This document shows, piece by piece, positions 30,547 to 40,258 of a stretch of 64,000 nt of DNA. Location: positions 448,001 through 512,000 of the forward strand of contig CBDBOV010000002.1 in NCBI GenBank assembly GCA_965208575.1, given 5' to 3'. Source of the DNA: Spirochaetia bacterium. GTDB lineage: Bacteria; Spirochaetota; Spirochaetia; SZUA-6; Bin103. The number at the start of each line of letters is the position of its first letter. The stretch's first letter is position 1. The notes under the pieces were generated by a model. It saw nothing but the letters and a program-made list of their open reading frames with translations, did not search any database and had not been told where the DNA came from. Position numbers and translations under genes: made by a program.

Positions 30547-31358
30547 ATGTACGCGCGAACGCTGGATGTCAGGAAGATCGCAGCACGAAAGTCGCTGTTT
30601 CTGTTCGGGCCGAGGAGCACCGGCAAGACGACGCTGCTGAGGGCGCAGTTCGCCTCGCGCGCGATTGTCAACCTGCTGCGCAGCAGCGAGTACCTGCCGC
30701 TGGCCGAGAACCCGTCGCGGCTGCGCGAGATCGTGGCCGAGGGCCGCGTCGGCACAATTTCGTCCACTTCGCGCGCTTCCTGAACGTCGCGGCGGCTTGC
30801 AACGGTCAACAGCTCAACTTCGCCAACGTGTCGCGCGACACCGGCGTGCCGGCCACCTCCGTACGCTCCTACTTCGACATCCTGGCCGACACGTTCATCG
30901 GGTTCCTGGTGCAACCCTGGCGCGGGTCGCGGCGCAAGGCGGTGGCAACCGCCAAGTTCTACTTTTTCGACGTTGGCGTCGCCAACTTCCTGCGCGGCGT
31001 CGCCGTGCTGAACCGGAACAGCAGCGAGTACGGCATCGCGTTCGAGCACTTCATCGCCATGGAACTGCGCAGCTACCTGTCCTACCGCCGTCTCCGGCTC
31101 GAGCTCACCTACTGGCGCACGCAGGGCGGCGTCGAGGTGGACTTCCTCGTCGGTTCAGCGGCGGCGGTCGAGGTCAAGGCGTCCGCCCGCGTCTCCGACC
31201 GCGACCTCAGAGGCCTGCGCGCCCTGGCCGACGAGGGCTCCACCGCGGTGCGGTACCTGGTCTCCTTCGACGCACTGGACCGCCGCACCGACGACGCCAT
31301 CCGCCTCTTGCATTGGCGCACCTTTCTCGCCAACCTCTGGACCGACTCGTTGTTCTGA
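30547..31358 (+). pseudogene. AAA_14/DUF4143 ATPase with internal deletion
   Basis: FLFGPRSTGKTT, frame break near 30750, then KFYFFDVG, FEHFI, YWRT..EVDF..EVK. Confidence 0.8.
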
Positions 31359-31479
31359 CCGACTCTGTATGCTCGCCTGACCTTGGAAAGTGTATCGCTG
31401 GCGCATCGCACCGCTTCCCTCGGCTGTCGAACCCTGTGCTCGCTTTGATGTCAAAAACGAGCACCGGCTTGTTGGACGG

Positions 31480-31667
31480 GTGGCCTGGCGCGGCACCAGC
31501 AGGCCGTAGTAGACGATGTCGTTGATCTCGGCGCGGTTGATGGCCAGCGACAGGGCGCGCCGGAAGCGCAGGTCCCGGAACAGGGCCCGCATCGCCGGGT
31601 CGGGGTCGTTCTGGTTGAGGCCGAACATCACCTCGGAGCCGTAGATGCCGGGCACCGGGACCACCAC
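31480..31667 (-). pseudogene. Peptide ABC substrate-binding protein fragment
   Basis: LFRDLRFRRALSLAINRAEI..Y.G motif without flanking sequence. Confidence 0.6.
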
Positions 31668-31772
31668 GAGGGCACCATCACCGGCAACCTGGCCGCCGGC
31701 TTTGCCTTGCCTCTTCCTGTGCTTGTACAGATACTGGTCAGATAAGTAGTCATCAGCCGGACGGAGGGAGCA

Positions 31773-32033
31773 ATGGGCAGGTCATGGCAGGTGCAGGAGG
31801 CCAAGGCGCGCTTCAGCGAGTTTCTCGAGACGAGCCTCATCGAAGGGCCGCAGATCGTCACCAAGCGCGGCGTTGAGACCGCGGTACTGGTTTCCATCGA
31901 TCAGTGGCGGCGACTGGAACGGCGGACGGCGCCGGACATCAAGGAGTTGCTGTTCGCCCCGGATGCGCGCACGGAGATGCTGACCCCGCCACGGTCACTG
32001 CAGGGGCACCGATCTGTTCCAGATTTCGAATAG
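31773..32033 (+). CDS. Phd/YefM antitoxin
   Basis: WQVQEAKARFSE, GPQIVTKRGVETAVLVS. Confidence 0.88.
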   Translation: MGRSWQVQEAKARFSEFLETSLIEGPQIVTKRGVETAVLVSIDQWRRLERRTAPDIKELLFAPDARTEMLTPPRSLQGHRSVPDFE

Positions 32034-32039
32034 ACCGCA

Positions 32040-32471
32040 ATGTATCTCCTGGACACGAACGTGATTTCGGAACTGCGCCGACCGCGACCGAACAGGGCGG
32101 TTGTTGGTTGGGTTGGCGAGCAGGCGGCCGACCGATTGTTCCTGTCTGCGGTGACCATCGGCGAGATACAAGCCGGTATCGAGATCACCCGCGAGCAGGA
32201 TGGCACCAAGGCCGATGAGATCGAGGCGTGGCTCGAAGACGTGTTGGCGTCACGCAACGTACTGCCCGTGGCTTCGGCGGAGTTCAGGGCATGGGCGCGG
32301 CTCAAGCACCGGCAGTCGAACACACTGCTCGAGGATGCCATGATTGCCGCCACCGCGGTGGTCCACCGGCTGACCGTCGTAACCCGCAACATCCGTGATT
32401 TCCGGCAGCTCGGCGTGCCGGTGCTCGATCCGTTCGGTCCGGTTTCCGGCAACGGCACGCCGACCGCATAA
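32040..32471 (+). CDS. vapC: VapC PIN-domain toxin
   Basis: YLLDTNVISE, DAMIAATA, VVTRNIRDF. Confidence 0.92.
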   Translation: MYLLDTNVISELRRPRPNRAVVGWVGEQAADRLFLSAVTIGEIQAGIEITREQDGTKADEIEAWLEDVLASRNVLPVASAEFRAWARLKHRQSNTLLEDAMIAATAVVHRLTVVTRNIRDFRQLGVPVLDPFGPVSGNGTPTA

Positions 32472-32556
32472 GCGGTCACGGCACACTGCTCGCTCCTACC
32501 GTTCGAAGAAGAACTGTGTCAGTCAGGGCGGGAGCCCTCGGCGGCCACCCTCGGTG

Positions 32557-32845
32557 TCATGTGCCGGCCCGCCGTACGTTCGCCGGGGGAGCGTCGAACA
32601 CCGCCGTTACGTCTACGGCAAAGCCTTCCAACAGCGGCGAAGTGGCGGTGTCGCCGCGAACGAATACGCCATGCTCCACGTACGCGTCTTCCCACAGCGA
32701 AAGCACGGTGATGGTCTCGTCGCGCGGGTCGGCGATCCAGTACTCCGGTATGCCCGCTTCGGCGTAGTCGATGCGTTTTTCCACCAGGTCCCGTCCCGGG
32801 TTGTCCGGACTGACGACCTCCGCTACCAAGTCGGCGCCCGTCCCG
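32557..32845 (-). pseudogene. Uma2 (DUF820) endonuclease C-terminal fragment
   Basis: DLVAEVVSP..D..EK..DYAEAGIPEYWIADP; N-terminus absent. Confidence 0.75.
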
Positions 32846-32909
32846 GCGGTGAGCCGCGGCGCGTCTTTGCCGGCACGATTCCGCGACGGCGCCCCGGCCC
32901 GGCCGCGGG

Positions 32910-34151
32910 TCACGTGATGGCAGCGCCGTCGGGACCGGGCGGCCTCCAGAGGCGCAGCGCCACAACCACCGCGAGCACCAGGATGAGCCCGAGGCCGCTC
33001 ATTCCGGCCACGGCCAGCGGCGCCCCGGCCACTTCCGCCAGCCCGCCGAGCGCGAGCGCACCGAACGGCTGCGAGCCGATGCCCAGGGTCACCGCGCCGA
33101 GGGCGCGCCCGCGTAGCGCCGGATCGGTGCCCTGCAGGACGACCGATGTCTGCAGCACGGCGAAGGAGGCGAAGCCGAGGCCGCCCACGCACAGGACGGC
33201 GATCGACAGCGGGTAGCTGCGCGACAGCGCGAACACGAAAATGCAGGACAGCAGCAGCAGGGAGCCGCCGCTGAACACGCGTCCGGCCAGCCGCGGCGGC
33301 ACCGCGCCGGCGGCGAGCGCGCTGAACAGGGCGCCGAGCCCGGCGGCGCTGCCGAGCAGGCCGTAGGCGACCGGACCGACGGCCAGTTCGTCGCGCGCGA
33401 TTACCGGCAGCATGAACTGGTACGGGAAGGCGCAGGCGTTCATCACCATGGTGATCAGCAGCACCGCCAGCACGGAGCGGTTGGCGGCCACCGCGCGCAA
33501 CGCCTGCAGCAGGCGCAGCCGGCGCGCCGGCGGTCCGCCGGGTACGTCGCGCGGCACGCCCAGCACCAGCGCGAGCGAGCAGCCGACCAGGGCCAGCAGC
33601 AGCGCATAGGCGCCGCTAAAGCCGAGCGTTGCGATGGCCAGCCCGGCAAGCGAGGGACCGAGCAGGTAGCTGCCGGTGAGGGTGGTGGTGTCCAGGGCGG
33701 CCACCGTGCCGAGCGCGGTGCGCGGCACCAGGTGGGCCATCAGCGCGCGGTGCGCCGAGAAGTCGGCGGCGAAGCCGATGCCGCTCGCGAACACCGCCAG
33801 GTAGAGGTGCAGCGGAGTCGCGGCTCCGAACGCGGTGGCCACCACGACGGAGGCGATGGCGGCCAGCACGAGCGCGTGCGCGACGGCGACCAGGCGGCGC
33901 TTCGAGGCGCGGTCCACCACGGCGCCGATGCCGAGCCCGAACAGCAGCAAGGGCGTCATCCGCACCACGCCGACCAGCGCCACCCGCGACGGCGACCCCG
34001 TGAGGTCGAACATCAGCCACCCGAGCACCGCCAACTCGCCGGTGCGGACGATGTAGAACAGCGCCGCCGCCAGCAGCAGGCGGCGGAACGGGCCTTCGCG
34101 CAGCAGGGCGGCGGCGCGCCCCAGCGGTCCGGCCGGCTGGGCGCCGGTCAG
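32910..34151 (-). CDS. MFS transporter (start uncertain)
   Basis: Multi-TM protein with G..VDR..KRR and LRGR motifs; frame stays open upstream of 34034 with no ATG. Confidence 0.75.
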   Translation of the reverse strand: MTGAQPAGPLGRAAALLREGPFRRLLLAAALFYIVRTGELAVLGWLMFDLTGSPSRVALVGVVRMTPLLLFGLGIGAVVDRASKRRLVAVAHALVLAAIASVVVATAFGAATPLHLYLAVFASGIGFAADFSAHRALMAHLVPRTALGTVAALDTTTLTGSYLLGPSLAGLAIATLGFSGAYALLLALVGCSLALVLGVPRDVPGGPPARRLRLLQALRAVAANRSVLAVLLITMVMNACAFPYQFMLPVIARDELAVGPVAYGLLGSAAGLGALFSALAAGAVPPRLAGRVFSGGSLLLLSCIFVFALSRSYPLSIAVLCVGGLGFASFAVLQTSVVLQGTDPALRGRALGAVTLGIGSQPFGALALGGLAEVAGAPLAVAGMSGLGLILVLAVVVALRLWRPPGPDGAAIT

Positions 34152-34199
34152 GGGAGGGGAACCGGCGGGACCGCGGCCGGCGCGCGGGTGGACGGCCTA

Positions 34200-35252
34200 C
34201 TAGTCATCCTGTGCCCGCAGCAGGGAGTAGATGGAGGTGAGCAGGTCCATGGCGTGCAGGGACTCCTCCTTGCCGTACTGCGGGCACTCGCGCAGCCCGG
34301 CAGCCAGGCAGCGGTGCACCGCCTCCGCCTGGTACAGGAAGCCGTGTTGATTGGGATGCGGGCGCCGCATGCCGAACGTGCCGGGCAGCGGATACTCGAA
34401 TACCTGCACCGGCAGCGGTACGTTGGCGGTGGCGTACAGGGAGGGTACCTGGTCATCGGCGGCCTGGCAGACCGACATGCGGGTCGGGCTGTGCGCCGGG
34501 CGGTGCAGGGTAATCCGCCCGCCGCTGCCGGCGATCTCGGTCACCTCGGGGAACTCGCTACGCCGCGCCGGGAAGGTGAGCATGGCGCAGCGGTCGGGGC
34601 CGTACTCGACCACCGCTCCGCGCACGTTGCGGCCGGCCACGCCGATCGCGGTCGGCCTGGCGGCGGCGCCGAACGCCAGCGGCGCCGCCTGCACGGCGTA
34701 GATCGGGTCGAAGAAGTCCGACTGCACCAGCGACACCTGGCCGATGGCGCCCTCCTCGATCAGCGTGCGGGCGTGCTCGACCGCCGGGAAGAAGCGCGTC
34801 CACACGGCGTCCTGCAGCATGACGCCCCGCTCCCCCGCCGCCGCGTACATGGCGCGCGCGTCGGCGGCGTTCTCGGCCAGCGGCTTCTCGCACAGCACGT
34901 GCTTGCCGGCCGCGACGGCGAGCAGGGTGTGCTCCTTGTGCACGCTGTTGACGGTGCCGACGTACACGATGTCCACCTCCGGCGCGGCGACCATGGCGGC
35001 GTAGTCGCCGTACGCGGCGGCAATGCCGAAGCGTGCCGCGAACCGCTCGGCGCGTGCCCGGTCGCGCGCCGCCACGGCGGTCACCGTGGCCCCGGGGCAG
35101 GCCACTAGGGCCTCCACCCACTGGGTCGAGATGCGGCCCGCGCCGAGGATGCCCCAGCGCAGCGGGTAGGCGGTGTCGGCGGCGTCGGTCAGGCCGCGGC
35201 GCAGGTCGAGTGGCAGGGAGGGCGGCAGGGTGCGCGCCGTGGAGTCGGTCAT
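34200..35252 (-). CDS. Gfo/Idh/MocA oxidoreductase
   Basis: WGILGAGRI, GKHVLCEKP, WTRFFP. Confidence 0.88.
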   Translation of the reverse strand: MTDSTARTLPPSLPLDLRRGLTDAADTAYPLRWGILGAGRISTQWVEALVACPGATVTAVAARDRARAERFAARFGIAAAYGDYAAMVAAPEVDIVYVGTVNSVHKEHTLLAVAAGKHVLCEKPLAENAADARAMYAAAGERGVMLQDAVWTRFFPAVEHARTLIEEGAIGQVSLVQSDFFDPIYAVQAAPLAFGAAARPTAIGVAGRNVRGAVVEYGPDRCAMLTFPARRSEFPEVTEIAGSGGRITLHRPAHSPTRMSVCQAADDQVPSLYATANVPLPVQVFEYPLPGTFGMRRPHPNQHGFLYQAEAVHRCLAAGLRECPQYGKEESLHAMDLLTSIYSLLRAQDD

Positions 35253-35426
35253 GACGCCGCCACCCTACCCCGGCCCCCGCCGCAACGTCGATGCAGCCGT
35301 ATGCAGCCGCGGCAACCGTTGACGGTCGCGCCGATCGTGTGTGATCAACCGAGACAGGGGCAGCACGGATGGCACTCTCGCGCCGGCGTCGACAGGGAAG
35401 GAGCCGGAGGCGGGCTTGATGCGAAC

Positions 35427-35530
35427 ATGAAACTTGGCATGAGACTGCAGGTCGACAAGACCTTGAACGACGACAACCTGGCGTTCCTGAAGCAACTCGG
35501 CGTAGATCACCTCATCGTCGGTGTCGGTGC
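35427..35530 (+). pseudogene. Mannonate dehydratase-like N-terminal fragment
   Basis: MKLGMRL...DDNLAFLKQLGVDH, after which similarity is lost. Confidence 0.45.
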
Positions 35531-35630
35531 GGCTGCCGGTTACCCGGAGCGACTCCCGTCAACGGCGGCCGGCTCATGCTGTAACGACACGCTCGCCGGC
35601 CGGGCGCGGCGCGGCGCGGGAGGGGGCGGA

Positions 35631-36689
35631 CTAGGCGGTCGCCCGGAGGCCGGGAACGACGTACGGGGTGGCGCCGGCGGGCAGCGGTGGGGTGAAGAAG
35701 TAGGTCGAATCGCGGCGCTGGCGCCGCACCGTGTCCACCAGTTCCTTCCAGGTAGCCGGCAGGCCCCTGGCGGCAATCGGTAGGTCCCAGCCGATCGCCT
35801 CGCGCAGCTTGGGGAGGTTGTAGTAGGGCACCGCGGCGTACATGTGGTGCTCCACGTGGTACTGCAGGTTCCAGTAGAAGAACGCGGAGACCGGATCGCT
35901 GAGGTAGGTGCGGGTGTTCTGCCGCCAGTCGGCCACGTCGGGGCGCATGCCGATGTGCTGCGGGGAGTGGGTGAGCACCCGGTACCACTGGTTGGCGAAC
36001 GGCGCCAACTGCACCAGCACGACCAGGTACCAGTTGCCGCTGGCGACGAACAGTACCAGCAGCGCCGCGTGCACCAGCAGCGTGAAACGGGCGAAGCGGC
36101 GCAGCGAGCGGATGCCGCGGGCATCGTCCGGCGGGAAGATGCGGCGCTCCCACTCGGCGGTGAACATCTTCTCCCAATCCCGCCGGAGAGCCCAGCGAAG
36201 CTGCTGCCGCACCAGGGCGTAGAGCCCGGGGACGTTGAGGGTGAGCACCCAGACCAGGTTCTTCCAGCGCAGCGGGTCGCCCGGCAGGACCACTTCCATC
36301 TCGTGCTCGTGGTGGGTGGTGTAGCGGTGATGCGCGCCGTGGCTGTGGCGCATGTGCACGCCGTTCTTCCAGTTCAGCAGACACGAGATAGCGTAGAAGA
36401 ACTCGTTCAGCCAGCGTGTCCTGAACACCGTCTTGTGGGACAGCTCGTGGTGGCCGGCGCTGCCGTAGTGGCCGGAGAAGGTGGTGTGCAGGAACAGGGT
36501 CAGCACCACCAGCGGCCAGCTCCAGTGCTGAAAGGCGTGCAGCGCGAGCACGGCCGTCGCCGCCATGAAGCCGAGCTGACCGAGGTTGTCCAGCAGCGGG
36601 CGCAGGTCGCGGCGCCGGTTCAGTTCGGCCAGTACGGCCTTGTCGATCGGCGTCCGGTGCCACGGAATCTTTACGGCAGCCGTGTGCAT
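35631..36689 (-). CDS. Fatty acid desaturase-family (MocD-like) membrane di-iron enzyme
   Basis: His boxes HELSH, H..HH, YHVEHH. Confidence 0.88.
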   Translation of the reverse strand: MHTAAVKIPWHRTPIDKAVLAELNRRRDLRPLLDNLGQLGFMAATAVLALHAFQHWSWPLVVLTLFLHTTFSGHYGSAGHHELSHKTVFRTRWLNEFFYAISCLLNWKNGVHMRHSHGAHHRYTTHHEHEMEVVLPGDPLRWKNLVWVLTLNVPGLYALVRQQLRWALRRDWEKMFTAEWERRIFPPDDARGIRSLRRFARFTLLVHAALLVLFVASGNWYLVVLVQLAPFANQWYRVLTHSPQHIGMRPDVADWRQNTRTYLSDPVSAFFYWNLQYHVEHHMYAAVPYYNLPKLREAIGWDLPIAARGLPATWKELVDTVRRQRRDSTYFFTPPLPAGATPYVVPGLRATA

Positions 36690-36726
36690 TGACTCAAGTC
36701 CACCCTAATGCATCGCGGTCACGTGG

Positions 36727-37017
36727 TCACGTGGCCACGTTCAGGTTCGGGCTGCAGGCCGCCGCGAACAGAGGTGGCTCGAACGCCTCGAACGAGATCG
36801 CCTGCCCGATCGTCAACGGGAGCAGCGGATCGCCGGACTCGGCTTCGATCCCTTCCCATAGCGCAAAGCACTCGGCGCTCGTGATCGTCTTCCGGCCGCT
36901 CGCGAACAGGTCACGCGGAAGCCCGGACCGCCGCAGCACGTTTTCGGTGCTGATCCCGGCATCGTTCATCAGCAGCGCCCACCCCGGGCTCAATGCGTAT
37001 TCGGTCCGAGTGTTCAT
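36727..37017 (-). pseudogene. AraC regulator N-terminal ligand-binding fragment
   Basis: VLRRSGLPRDLF...FEPPLFAAACSPNL, truncated before the HTH. Confidence 0.7.
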
Positions 37018-37045
37018 GACTCAGAGTTGGGGCACGAGTGACCCT

Positions 37046-37879
37046 TCAGCCCGCGAACCGTCGCATTATCCGGTCATAGATCCGGTCGGTTGTCCAGCGA
37101 CGCAGGAACAGGAACATCCTGGCGCCGTAGCCGGTCACGTACCGGGTCTTGGGCCGACGCGCCTTCAGCGCGTCCGAGATGGTGGCGGCGATCACCGCGG
37201 GCGGCGACCCCATCGGCCGCGATCCTCCCTCGGACCGCTCCATCATTCCCCGGAACCGCTCCATCATCGGAAGGACCTGCTTGGCGTACGCGCCGTCGGC
37301 TGATCGCTCCATCGCCGGACCGAAGGCGACATCGCCGAACTCGGTGCGGACACCACCCGGCTCTATGACGACGACGTCGATCCCGAACGGCGCGACCTCG
37401 TAGCGCAGGCAGTCGGACCAGCCCTCGAGGGCATGCTTGGTGGCGTGATACCACGCGCCGAACGGGGTCCAGATCTTGCCCCCCATCGACGAGACATTGA
37501 TCACCGTCCCCTTCCCTCTCTGGCGCATGTAAGGCAGCGCCAACTGAGTAAGCCGCGCCAATCCGAACAGATTCACCTCGAACTGGTACCGTGCGTCCTC
37601 CAGCGCAACGTCCTCCACTGCACCGTAGAGGGCGAAGCCGGCGTTGTTCACCAGGACGTCGATGCCTCCTTCCTCGGCCTTGATGCGATCCATCACCATC
37701 CGGACGTCCTCTTCGCTGGTGACATCCATCTGCAACACCCTCGCACCCAGCTCCTCGAGACTGCGCATCCTGTCGAGACGACGAGCGGCCGCATAGACGG
37801 TGCAACCGTCCTCCAAGAGCCTCACGGCCGTTGCTGCGCCGATCCCCGACGACGCTCCCGTGACGAGTACCGTCTTCAT
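37046..37879 (-). CDS. Short-chain dehydrogenase/reductase
   Basis: TGASSGIG, NNAG, YHATK. Confidence 0.93.
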   Translation of the reverse strand: MKTVLVTGASSGIGAATAVRLLEDGCTVYAAARRLDRMRSLEELGARVLQMDVTSEEDVRMVMDRIKAEEGGIDVLVNNAGFALYGAVEDVALEDARYQFEVNLFGLARLTQLALPYMRQRGKGTVINVSSMGGKIWTPFGAWYHATKHALEGWSDCLRYEVAPFGIDVVVIEPGGVRTEFGDVAFGPAMERSADGAYAKQVLPMMERFRGMMERSEGGSRPMGSPPAVIAATISDALKARRPKTRYVTGYGARMFLFLRRWTTDRIYDRIMRRFAG

Positions 37880-38082
37880 CGTGACCTTCCTTCCATTGGG
37901 CTGGACTGTACTGCCGGCATACCTTCAGGTAACTGGCGAATTACGCCACTCCAGAGACAAAAAGCGCCAACTTGATTCGTGGTCCCAGTGTTCCAGTTGC
38001 CAGGAGCGAACGTAGGTGCCCTCGTCGCGCAGCGGATTCGCCGGCCGGGGGCGCTCCGTGTGAGGGGTTCCCGCCGTGGAGG

Positions 38083-38466
38083 TCAGAACAGGGCGCGCCG
38101 GTAGTGGCGGCGCATCGCCCGGTCCCTGGTCACGAGAAGCGCCGCGGCGGCGGAGGCATTCGCGGTGATCAACCGGTCGAACGGATCCCTTGTCCACGTC
38201 TGCAACAGTGCGGCGCCAACAATGGGAGCGGTCGGCAGCGTGCACATCCTCAGGTCGATGCGATCTTGCAGATAGCCGAGCACGACATCCGGGGGTTCAT
38301 TCAGACGCCCGATCTCCAGCAGATACTGAAGCTCGAGACGGACGAATTGCGAAGCGATCAGTCGATGGCTCTCGATAACGTGTGCGGCGGCGGGTGACAG
38401 CTTGGCAGTCTCCCCGTCGCGCAGCCAGATTACCACGTGGGTGTCTAGGTGGGCAGCCGGTTCCAT
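38083..38466 (-). CDS. PIN-domain toxin
   Basis: LDTHVVIW, TRDPFDRLI, LVTRD. Confidence 0.85.
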   Translation of the reverse strand: MEPAAHLDTHVVIWLRDGETAKLSPAAAHVIESHRLIASQFVRLELQYLLEIGRLNEPPDVVLGYLQDRIDLRMCTLPTAPIVGAALLQTWTRDPFDRLITANASAAAALLVTRDRAMRRHYRRALF

Positions 38467-38675
38467 TCGCTCTCCCACGACATGCCGATCACCTCGTCGG
38501 AGTCGCCGATGTATGCCCTGATCGTTGGTTCCTGCAGCCGCGCAAGGCGCGATGGCGACTCCTCGCGCTCGATCACGACCACCGTCCCTTTGCGCTCGAT
38601 CCTGACCGGCCCCTCGCCGGCGGCAACGCGGTCGAACACTGCATAGAGATTCTTCCGTAGCTGCGTCAGAGTCAC
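38445..38675 (-). CDS. Phd/YefM-like antitoxin
   Basis: TQLRKNLYAVFDRV..GPVRIERKG; overlaps the PIN gene. Confidence 0.78.
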   Translation of the reverse strand: MTLTQLRKNLYAVFDRVAAGEGPVRIERKGTVVVIEREESPSRLARLQEPTIRAYIGDSDEVIGMSWESEWNRLPT

Positions 38676-38841
38676 CCGGTCACGGTACAGCGCGTACGCT
38701 GCACGGTCAAGAACGCGCATTGACTCATCGAAAATCTAACCGTAGCGAAAGCATGCCTCATCTAAAAATCTAACCGAACGGGCTGGACCTTCCGGGTCCG
38801 GTTGGAGCCTCTCCGAGGGACGTGAGGAGGTTCCGGAGGAG

Positions 38842-40116
38842 ATGGGGTTGAAGATGAGTTCAAGGCGAGAGCTCACCGAGCAGCACGCGCAGCGGTATCG
38901 TCGGGCGGGCAAGAAGGAGAAGGGGCGCATACTCGACGAGTTCGTCGAGTCGACCGGGTACCAGCGCAAGTACGCGATCCATCTGTTGACCTGGTGGGGA
39001 CGGACCCGCATGGTGCGAGTCGACGGCACACTGGTGAAGCTGGTGGTCGGGCGTCCGCGGCCTGCCCAGCGCCGCGTGCGACCGCGGCGCTACGACCAGG
39101 AGGTGCTGGTCGCTCTGAAGCTGATCTGGTACGTGTTCGACTGCATGTGCGGCAAGCGCCTGGTGGTCGTGCTGCGCACCATGCTGCCGACGCTGGAGTC
39201 GTTCGGCGAGATCGAGCTGACCGCAGCGGTGCGCGGCAAGCTGCAGACCATCAGCGCCGCGACCATCGACCGGCTGCTGCAGCAGGAGCGCGCACGGCTG
39301 CGCCTGAAGGGTCGCACGCACACCAAGCCGGGCACCCTCCTGAAGGATCAGATCGCGATCCGAACCTTCGCTGACTGGGACGAGCAGGAGCCGGGCTTCT
39401 TCGAGATCGACTTGGTGGGCCATGAAGGCGGCAACGCGTCAGGCGACTTCTGCCACACGCTCACCATCACCGACGTTGACACCGGCTGGGTCGACCTGTA
39501 CGGCGTGCAGAACAAGGCGCAGCGCTGGACCCACGAGGCGATCGACGCTGCCCGGCAGAGCCTGCCGATCGTGATGCGGGGGATCGACACCGACAACGGC
39601 AGCGAGTTCATCAATCATCATTTGCTGCGCTATTGCGAAGCGCACGGCATCACGTTCACTCGGGGTCGCCCGCATCGCAAGAACGACACCTGCTACGTCG
39701 AGCAGAAGAATGGCCACGTGGTGCGACGGGCGGTCGGCCACCTGCGTTACGACACCGACCGGGAACTGGCTGCCCTCAACGCGATATACCGCCCGCTGTG
39801 CCTGCTGGTGAACTTCTTCTATCCCTCGGTGAAGCTGGTGAAGAAAACCCGCACCGGCAGCAAGGTGCGCCGCATCTATGACGACCCGCAGACGCCGTAT
39901 CACCGCATGCTGGCCTCCGAGTCGGTGAGCGAGAAGGTGAAGAACCGCCTCAAGCAGCAGTACGCGACGTTGAATCCGGTCGCCCTCAAGCGCGAGCTGA
40001 CCAGGTTGACCGAGGATCTGCTGCAGCTGAACGTCAGCAAGACCGCCAAGGCCGCACCAAGCACGGTGCAAACACCGAGCGAGGAGCGTGGTGGCAGCGG
40101 TCGCACGGCAAAATGA
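38842..40116 (+). CDS. rve-type DDE transposase (Rv2807-like)
   Basis: KKEKGRILDEF, SAATIDRLL, EIDLVGH, DTDNGSEFIN, KND..VEQKN. Confidence 0.88.
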   Translation: MGLKMSSRRELTEQHAQRYRRAGKKEKGRILDEFVESTGYQRKYAIHLLTWWGRTRMVRVDGTLVKLVVGRPRPAQRRVRPRRYDQEVLVALKLIWYVFDCMCGKRLVVVLRTMLPTLESFGEIELTAAVRGKLQTISAATIDRLLQQERARLRLKGRTHTKPGTLLKDQIAIRTFADWDEQEPGFFEIDLVGHEGGNASGDFCHTLTITDVDTGWVDLYGVQNKAQRWTHEAIDAARQSLPIVMRGIDTDNGSEFINHHLLRYCEAHGITFTRGRPHRKNDTCYVEQKNGHVVRRAVGHLRYDTDRELAALNAIYRPLCLLVNFFYPSVKLVKKTRTGSKVRRIYDDPQTPYHRMLASESVSEKVKNRLKQQYATLNPVALKRELTRLTEDLLQLNVSKTAKAAPSTVQTPSEERGGSGRTAK

Positions 40117-40176
40117 CCCTCTCAGGCGGGTCTGACGGTCGATAATCGGAGAATGGGCGGTCAGCGATGAGAAAAC

Positions 40177-40240
40177 GTCGCCTCAGCCGCGCTGTAAGGC
40201 CCCTCCACGACACGAGGTGGTGTCTGGATACCCCCGTGTC
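40177..40240 (+). repeat. 64-bp direct repeat, copy A
   Basis: 60/64 identical to 42149-42212 by eye. Confidence 0.85.
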
Positions 40241-40258
40241 TATGCATAACCATGCAAT

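Noticed and set aside
34197-34202. Stop-codon readthrough fusing Gfo/Idh/MocA to MFS
   Set aside because: Would need two consecutive TAG codons to be read through; no recoding signal seen
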